64,000 nt of DNA. Source: Candidatus Spongiisociaceae bacterium (GTDB lineage: Bacteria; Actinomycetota; Acidimicrobiia; Spongiisociales; Spongiisociaceae). The first letter of the stretch is position 1. Each line of letters opens with the position of its first letter. Below, in pieces: positions 57,965 to 64,000 of the stretch. The position numbers were made by a program, and so were the translations under genes. The notes below the pieces were generated by a model, which was given only the letters and a program-made list of their open reading frames with translations, ran no database searches and had not been told where the DNA came from. The stretch spans positions 3,744,001 to 3,808,000 of the forward strand of contig OZ253564.1 of the NCBI GenBank assembly GCA_965262915.1, read 5' to 3'.

Positions 57965-59566
57965 TCAGCCGAACGACTCGTCTCGCCAGGCAACCTCGCC
58001 CCCGACGATGGTCATCGACGGCAACATCTCCGCCAGTTCGTCCGGCGGCAGCGGTCGCGGGTCGCGGGGCAACACCGTGAAGTCGGCCAGGTAACCGGGC
58101 GAGATACGTCCCCTCTCGTGAGCGAGTCCGTCTGCCTCGGCCGGCCATGCGGTCATCATGGCGATGGCCTCGTCGAAGCCGATCGCCTCCCGCGGCCCCC
58201 ACACGGTGCCTTCGGCGTCGACGCGGGCCGTGGCCGTCGCTACGGCAGCGAGCGGCGCGGCGTCGGGCACGACGGGGGTATCCGAGCTGTGGATCGGCTT
58301 GAGGCCGGCGTCCAGCCAGCTGCGGAGCGGGTACATCGCAGCCAATCGCTCCTCCCCCAGCCCGGCCTGGAAATCGGGAGCGCGCAACCGCAGGAAGGCG
58401 AGTTGCGGAACCGGGATGGTTCCCGCGTCGCGCATCGCCTCGACAGCGGCTGCGGATGTCAGGCAGCAGTGCTCGATCCGATGGAAACGGTGGCGACCGG
58501 CAGGTGGATGTTTGCTGAGTACCTTGGCGACGCTCTCCACCGCGGCATCACCGATCGCATGCACGCACATCTGCCAGCCGAGCGCCGCCCCCTTGCGGAC
58601 CGTCGCTTCCAGTTCCCCCACGTCCGTATGCATCGATCCGTGCGAGTCTGCATCCGCATACGGTTCGGACATGGCGGCGCTGCGTGGCCCGAACGCACCG
58701 TCCGCGAACACCTTCGCCCCACCTATCCGGAAGTAGGAATCGCCGACCCCTGGGCGAAGTCCAAGGTCGCCGGCCGCGTCCAGCAGTTCGGCCCGGATCA
58801 TCGACGTGAACCTGAGCCGCAGGGCGCGGCGTTCGTCCATGCGCAGGAAGGCGGCCACCTCCTCCCCCGGCCGTGACATGGTGAGGGGAGCCGCGTTGGT
58901 CACGTAGGCGAATCCCAGCGAGAGGAAGTAGTCGGTGGCGAGTTCGATGGCCTGCTCGTCCTCCGAATCGGACCAGGGAGGGATGACGGGGTCGAGCAGG
59001 CTCCGGGCACCGTCGAGTAGCTCTCCCGTCGGAACACCGTGCTCGTCGCGGACGATCTCTCCATCGTGAGGATCGGGCGTGTCCGGACCGATCCCTGCCG
59101 CCGCCAGCGCGGCGTGGTTGGCTACCCGCCTGTGGAAGTCGAAGCTGTCCAGCATCACGCACCGTCCGTCGGGCAGGTCGAGTTCGGTAACGGTTGGAGC
59201 CCTTCCCTCGACCAGGCAGGCGGGGTCGTAACCCCGCCCCTTGATCCAGCGACCCGGCGGCAGCCGGTAGTGGGCCTCTCTGACCAACGCCACGATCTCC
59301 CCGACGGACGAGACATCCGAAGGCCAGCATGGAACACCCATGCGCGACCGGCCGTAGTTGACGGCATGCACGTGGCTGTCGGCGAAACCGGGGTAGACCG
59401 TCCCCCCGCCCAGATCGACTATCTCGGCGTTGGGGGACACCGACTCTCGAACTTGTTGGTAGTCACCCGACGCACGTATCCGTTGACCACTGACGGCGAC
59501 CGCGTCGGTCGGACGGTCGCCGTCAGTTACGAAAGATGCGTTTGTCAGGACTCGATCACTGGTCAA
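57965..59566 (-). CDS. Amidohydrolase_3 family (YtcJ/N-substituted formamide deformylase-like)
   Basis: PGFADSHVH, PTGEL, KVFADG, HAIGD, RIEHC, SSDTP. Confidence 0.93.
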   Translation of the reverse strand: MTSDRVLTNASFVTDGDRPTDAVAVSGQRIRASGDYQQVRESVSPNAEIVDLGGGTVYPGFADSHVHAVNYGRSRMGVPCWPSDVSSVGEIVALVREAHYRLPPGRWIKGRGYDPACLVEGRAPTVTELDLPDGRCVMLDSFDFHRRVANHAALAAAGIGPDTPDPHDGEIVRDEHGVPTGELLDGARSLLDPVIPPWSDSEDEQAIELATDYFLSLGFAYVTNAAPLTMSRPGEEVAAFLRMDERRALRLRFTSMIRAELLDAAGDLGLRPGVGDSYFRIGGAKVFADGAFGPRSAAMSEPYADADSHGSMHTDVGELEATVRKGAALGWQMCVHAIGDAAVESVAKVLSKHPPAGRHRFHRIEHCCLTSAAAVEAMRDAGTIPVPQLAFLRLRAPDFQAGLGEERLAAMYPLRSWLDAGLKPIHSSDTPVVPDAAPLAAVATATARVDAEGTVWGPREAIGFDEAIAMMTAWPAEADGLAHERGRISPGYLADFTVLPRDPRPLPPDELAEMLPSMTIVGGEVAWRDESFG

Positions 59567-60643
59567 TCAGCAGTCGGTGTCCAGATCGTTGGCCTCGTCG
59601 ATGATCTCCTGCTGGTCGAAATCGTTGATCTCGTCGAGCAGGTCGTCGATCACATAGTCGCCCATGTTGATCTGCTGGGAGAGAACACCACCCTGGATGA
59701 AGATGTTCACATACGTGTTCCACCCGGCCGCGTCCAGGAAACCGAACACGTAATCGCCGTCCACCTTGGGAGCGGTCGTGATCCCGATGACGGCTGCCAA
59801 ACCGGCCCGTCCTTCCGCATCGTCGGTGAACTCTTCGGGAATGAGTTCCTTCAGAACGCACACCGCGCCTTCCAGATTCGCATAGGCCACCAACTGACCC
59901 TTAGCCGTGGCACGGCCGAGACCGATCAACAGATCGTCGTCGTCCTTGTAGTCCTCGGCAGCCAGAAGCCCCTCGGCAGGAAGGGTATCGAGCGACGCAG
60001 GCGCGATCGACACAGTGTCGAGGCCCGCCGCGTTCATCGAGGCAATGTCGGACTTGGCGGACGAATAGGCATCGATCCGGGCATCGTCCAGAGACGCCTT
60101 GATGCTCGGAGCGTTGGTCCCCACCGCGATGATCTCCACGTCGGAGTCCGGGTCCAGCCCGGCTTCAACCAGCAGCGCCCGTACGAGCGGAACCTCTCCA
60201 CCGGCCAGTTCCGAGATACCGATCTTCATCCCTGCCAGGCCCGCGATATTGCTGATCGACGATCCGGCAGGTACGACAACATCGAACACCTCACCGTAAG
60301 CATAAGTGAAGAACGGGTAGAGGCCTGCACCAGCCTCGATGGCCGGCAGCATCGCCCCCGGAACACCCATTCCCGCCTCGGCGTTGTTGGCGGCCAGGAT
60401 CTGCGCGACATCGGATGATCCGCCCGTGCCTTGGAGGCTCACGTTGAGACCCTCGTCTTCGTAGTATCCGAGACCTACCGCGAGCCAGTAGCCGTAACCG
60501 AACGAACTGGTCGTGGAAAGGGCGAGGTTCACGTCCCGAAGGTCCTCTTCTTCCTCCGCGCACGCAGCCCCGATCATCGCCAGTACTACGGCGAGCGCCA
60601 GCATGACCGACCAGGGTCGTGCCCAGCGGGTAGTTGGTTTCAT
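59567..60643 (-). CDS. NMT1/THI5/SsuA-type ABC substrate-binding lipoprotein
   Basis: GAAC lipobox, LGYYEDEGL.V, GGSS, LAGMKIG. Confidence 0.88.
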   Translation of the reverse strand: MKPTTRWARPWSVMLALAVVLAMIGAACAEEEEDLRDVNLALSTTSSFGYGYWLAVGLGYYEDEGLNVSLQGTGGSSDVAQILAANNAEAGMGVPGAMLPAIEAGAGLYPFFTYAYGEVFDVVVPAGSSISNIAGLAGMKIGISELAGGEVPLVRALLVEAGLDPDSDVEIIAVGTNAPSIKASLDDARIDAYSSAKSDIASMNAAGLDTVSIAPASLDTLPAEGLLAAEDYKDDDDLLIGLGRATAKGQLVAYANLEGAVCVLKELIPEEFTDDAEGRAGLAAVIGITTAPKVDGDYVFGFLDAAGWNTYVNIFIQGGVLSQQINMGDYVIDDLLDEINDFDQQEIIDEANDLDTDC

Positions 60644-60689
60644 AAGTTCCTCCTTGTCTGGGTGAGCGGTGTGCTCACGACGATTTTAT

Positions 60690-61562
60690 CTAGGTGGTCT
60701 GGTCGACATCCACGTGCCAGAAGAGCAGTTTCCGCTCCAACCGGGCTGCCAGCAGAAACAGCGCCAGACCTATCAGGGACAGCATCAGCAGGTAGGCGAA
60801 TACATCATCGCTGCGGAACTGGAAAGCGGCCTTCTCGATCAGGTGGCCGGCGCCTTCGTTGGTACCGGACAACTCGCCCACTATGGCACCGATCAGGGCA
60901 AAAGTGAGGGCCGCCTTGAGCCCGGCAAAGACGGTCGGAACGGAACTCGGGAGCCGTAGATGGCGGAAGGTCTGCCAGCGCGTGGCCCTGAGAGATCTCA
61001 TAAGCAGTCCGGCGTTCTCATCGATGACCGTCAGCCCGGTGATGGTGTTGATAAGGACCGGGAAGAAGCAGATCGTCGCAGCCAGCGCGATCTTGGCGGT
61101 GATTCCGAATGCGAACATAGCAACGAACACCGGGGCCAGGGCCACGCGTGGAGTCGCCTGGAACAAAACGATTACAGGGAAGAAAGCCTTCCTGAAGGTC
61201 GGCACCAGGGCAACGTAAGTACCCAGCAGGAAGCCTCCTCCCGCGCCCACCACGAAGCCGATGGCCGTCTCCTGAAGGGTCACCCAGAAGTGCCAGAGCA
61301 CGAACGGAGTCTGGATGGCTTCGAAGAACGCCGGGATTATCTCCGAGGGTTTGGAAAGCACGATTTCCGGCCAGAAGGACGGATCGAGCCAGCTGAGAAA
61401 CTCCCAGATAACGAAGAAGGTGAGCACCACCGTGCCGGTCATCAGGATCTGGGACCAGAACCCACGGGAACGGGAATCCGGACCCGAAACCGGCAAAGAG
61501 TCCATTCCGAGCGTGCCGGTGTCGGACATGCTGTCGGTATCCATTCGGAGCTCCTTTCTCAC
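60690..61562 (-). CDS. ABC permease (SsuC/TauC-type)
   Basis: TLQET, PRVALAP, FFPVLINT, ALIGAIVGE. Confidence 0.92.
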   Translation of the reverse strand: MRKELRMDTDSMSDTGTLGMDSLPVSGPDSRSRGFWSQILMTGTVVLTFFVIWEFLSWLDPSFWPEIVLSKPSEIIPAFFEAIQTPFVLWHFWVTLQETAIGFVVGAGGGFLLGTYVALVPTFRKAFFPVIVLFQATPRVALAPVFVAMFAFGITAKIALAATICFFPVLINTITGLTVIDENAGLLMRSLRATRWQTFRHLRLPSSVPTVFAGLKAALTFALIGAIVGELSGTNEGAGHLIEKAAFQFRSDDVFAYLLMLSLIGLALFLLAARLERKLLFWHVDVDQTT

Positions 61563-61563
61563 C

Positions 61564-62355
61564 CTAGAAGAGACCGAGCACTTCGCGGATGTAGTTGACG
61601 ATCTCGGTGAACTCCGCCAGCCGGCGAGACCCCGGGACTCTCGGTCTGGGAAGACCGACTTCGACCATATCCAGTATCCGGCCCGGTTTGGTTCCCATCA
61701 CCGCCACCCGGTCGGACAGGAACACCGCTTCTCTGATGTTGTGGGTCACGAACACGGTGGTCTTGTTCTCGTGCTCGGTGATGCGCGCCAACTCGCTGTT
61801 GAGGTGCTCCCTGGTGAACTCGTCCAAGGCACCGAACGGCTCGTCGAGCAGCATCAGATCCGGTTCCGAGACAAGCAGCCTGCACAGGGCCACGCGCTGC
61901 TGCATCCCACCCGACAGCTCACGCGGGTAGTGCTGTTCGAACCCTTCCAGCCGGACCAACTCGATCACGTCCGCGATCCGCTGTTCCCCCTCCGGATCCA
62001 TGCTGCCGGTGATCTCGAGCGGCAGGGAGATGTTGCGGATCACGTTGCGCCACGGGAAGAGGGTCGAGGTCTGGAACATCAGACCGATCTCCTCGCGCGG
62101 TTCGACAACCGGACTGTGCCCGAGATAGACGCTACCCGATGTAGGCCTCAAGAGGCCGCCGATGATTTTGAGGAGCGTGGACTTTCCACATCCCGACGGT
62201 CCCACCAGGGTGAGGAACTCCCCCTGCCGCACCTTCAGCGACACATCCTTTACCGCAACCAGCGGTTCACCGTCCTTCTCGAACACCTGGGTGATGTGAT
62301 CCAGGGTCAACGACGAACCGCCCCGTCGCCGGTGGGCGCCGACAGCTTGAGTCAC
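61564..62355 (-). CDS. ABC ATPase (SsuB/TauB-type)
   Basis: GPSGCGKSTLL, LFPWR, LSGGMQQR, LDEPFGALD, FVTH. Confidence 0.94.
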   Translation of the reverse strand: MTQAVGAHRRRGGSSLTLDHITQVFEKDGEPLVAVKDVSLKVRQGEFLTLVGPSGCGKSTLLKIIGGLLRPTSGSVYLGHSPVVEPREEIGLMFQTSTLFPWRNVIRNISLPLEITGSMDPEGEQRIADVIELVRLEGFEQHYPRELSGGMQQRVALCRLLVSEPDLMLLDEPFGALDEFTREHLNSELARITEHENKTTVFVTHNIREAVFLSDRVAVMGTKPGRILDMVEVGLPRPRVPGSRRLAEFTEIVNYIREVLGLF

Positions 62356-62530
62356 TACGATCCGATCCTCCGCATAGCTTCTGAGCGTTGCGGGCTGATC
62401 GTAGACGCAACCGTCGGTCCCCAAAAAACGATTCCCGACCGGACCCCTGCCTGCGGACGATCCGTCGTCGGGTCGAGCACCGAAAGACCATCGTAGGTCG
62501 CCACAGGTGATGGGCACTACGCTCTCGCGG

Positions 62531-63580
62531 ATGGCAGACACGGCACACCAGCAGCTTCCCCGCACGATGCGGGTGGCGGAACTAACCGGCAATCGGACCC
62601 TCCGGCTGGGGGAACGGCCGGTACCCGGGGTGCCGGGTGGCTGGACCGTCGTCCGGGTTGCGGCGGCCGGGGTGTGCGGCACCGAACTCCACTTTCTCGA
62701 AGGTCTTCTCGACCCTCGAGGCGAGACGCGGGTGCTGGGACATGAAGTAGCCGGCACCGTGTGCGGTCCGGGAGTCCGCGGTCAACGCGCGGCTATATAT
62801 AACGTGTTGAACTGCCGGACCTGCCGCTACTGCCGTTCCGACCGGGATCGCCTGTGCGAGCGGTCGCAGGGCATGATCGGCTTCACCGTCGACGGCGGGT
62901 TCGCCGAGTACGTGGTGGTGCCGGAGGCGAACCTCGTTCCCCTGCCCGAGAGCGTGACCTTCGAAGCGGGCGCGGTGCTCGCATGCAGTGGGATGACGGC
63001 CGTACACGCGGTACGGGTGGCCGGCATCGGTATCGCGGAGCCGGTGGTCGTGAATGGAATCGGAGGGGTCGGATTGATGCTTACCCAGGTAGCGGCATTG
63101 GCCGGCGCGACAGTTCTCGCCGTGGCGGACGATCCTGCCAAGCTGGACCTGGCGGAGTCACTCGGCGCCCGGGCCGGCCTGCTCATCGAGAAGCCGGAAG
63201 GGTACGAGACCCTTCCCCAAGACGCGCGCCGGGTTCTGGGACAAGCTCCGGACGTGTTCTTCGAGACCGTCGGAACCCGTGAGACGATGCGGGCCGGGTT
63301 CGGATGCCTGGCCCCCGGGGGCGCTTTCGTCCAGATCGGATACACCAGCCAACCCCTGGACATACATCCGGGCGCACTGATCAGGAACGAGCTCCGCATC
63401 CTCACTTCAGCCGCCGGCTCCAAGAACGACCTGGAAACAGCCATCGCGCTGGCAGCACAAGGTCGCCTGAAGGTCGTCATCGCGAACCGCACGAACCTGG
63501 ACGGACTTGGAGACGCGATCCGCAGTCTGCAAGATCGCCGCGTTCTAGGCAGGAACGTGGTCGTATACGAAGCCGGATGA
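62531..63580 (+). CDS. Zn-dependent alcohol dehydrogenase (MDR)
   Basis: GVCGTE, LGHE, C..C..C..C, DGGFAEY, GIGGVG. Confidence 0.92.
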   Translation: MADTAHQQLPRTMRVAELTGNRTLRLGERPVPGVPGGWTVVRVAAAGVCGTELHFLEGLLDPRGETRVLGHEVAGTVCGPGVRGQRAAIYNVLNCRTCRYCRSDRDRLCERSQGMIGFTVDGGFAEYVVVPEANLVPLPESVTFEAGAVLACSGMTAVHAVRVAGIGIAEPVVVNGIGGVGLMLTQVAALAGATVLAVADDPAKLDLAESLGARAGLLIEKPEGYETLPQDARRVLGQAPDVFFETVGTRETMRAGFGCLAPGGAFVQIGYTSQPLDIHPGALIRNELRILTSAAGSKNDLETAIALAAQGRLKVVIANRTNLDGLGDAIRSLQDRRVLGRNVVVYEAG

Positions 63581-63604
63581 CGGTGGTGCACATAGCCGGC
63601 CTTC

Positions 63605-64000
63605 TCAAGCGGCGTGGTGACCCAGCGAGCGGAAACGCGTCGAGCGAATGCGTTCCGCGACCTTGCCGACCTTGGCGAGTATCCGTTCGGGGGAACCGGA
63701 GAGATCCACAGCCATGATCTCCAGTTGCTTGCCGGCATGATTGATCGCGTGGACGGTCGGGTCCTCCTCCCCCTGGGCGTAGATCAGTAGCCCGCCAGGT
63801 AGGTCGGCGTCGATCGTGTAGGCGAGCAACTGGTAGAGATCGGCGTTCGGTATGCCGTGATCCGTCTTCTTGTACTTCAGGTCACCGACGAAGACGCAGC
63901 GCCTTCCCTCCCACCACGAGATGTCCGGCTCAAGGCGTATCTTGTCGCCTCGGGCGAGCCACATCATCCGACCCGATGCACCTTGTGGGAAGTCTGGCTT
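63605..64000 (-). CDS. mcrC: McrC-like restriction nuclease subunit, 3' part (runs off window end)
   Basis: LEPDI...GDLKYK...ADLYQLLAY...LLIY PD-(D/E)xK McrC signature; frame stays open to the window end. Confidence 0.85.
   Translation of the reverse strand, partial: KPDFPQGASGRMMWLARGDKIRLEPDISWWEGRRCVFVGDLKYKKTDHGIPNADLYQLLAYTIDADLPGGLLIYAQGEEDPTVHAINHAGKQLEIMAVDLSGSPERILAKVGKVAERIRSTRFRSLGHHAA

Noticed and set aside
1-64000. CRISPR arrays, rRNA, tRNA
   Set aside because: No regularly spaced repeats or recognisable RNA gene signatures seen by eye.

Overview
High-GC window, probably actinobacterial (inferred from the MazEF5-like and Phd/PIN modules, leaderless-type promoters and IS1182 style; an Acidimicrobiia-like, possibly host-associated MAG is a guess). 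It is almost entirely an accessory catabolic island rich in C-N-cleaving and redox enzymes: seven amidohydrolase-superfamily proteins (three phosphotriesterase-like), two M24 paralogs with altered metal sites, isochorismatase, nitrilase, cyclase, CocE/NonD, two ThDP enzymes, three PLP aminotransferases, several dehydrogenases, a molybdenum hydroxylase locus with three large subunits, and BMP-type and NMT1/THI5-type ABC importers. Interspersed are an intact IS1182 inserted at a CTAG stop codon, two type II TA modules, an AAA/DUF4143 gene, a partial McrC and pseudogenes. The most unusual non-coding signals are (i) two diverged copies of a 230-270 bp element with TCGCGAAAA inverted ends, a conserved internal promoter, a covarying stem-loop and a 27-nt invariant block (candidate undescribed structured RNA or mini mobile element), (ii) a 160-bp palindromic MITE family next to aminotransferase genes, and (iii) a 31-bp IS3-like end-to-end scar at a gene breakpoint. 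No rRNA, tRNA or CRISPR array was seen. All calls are by eye; no database searches were run.
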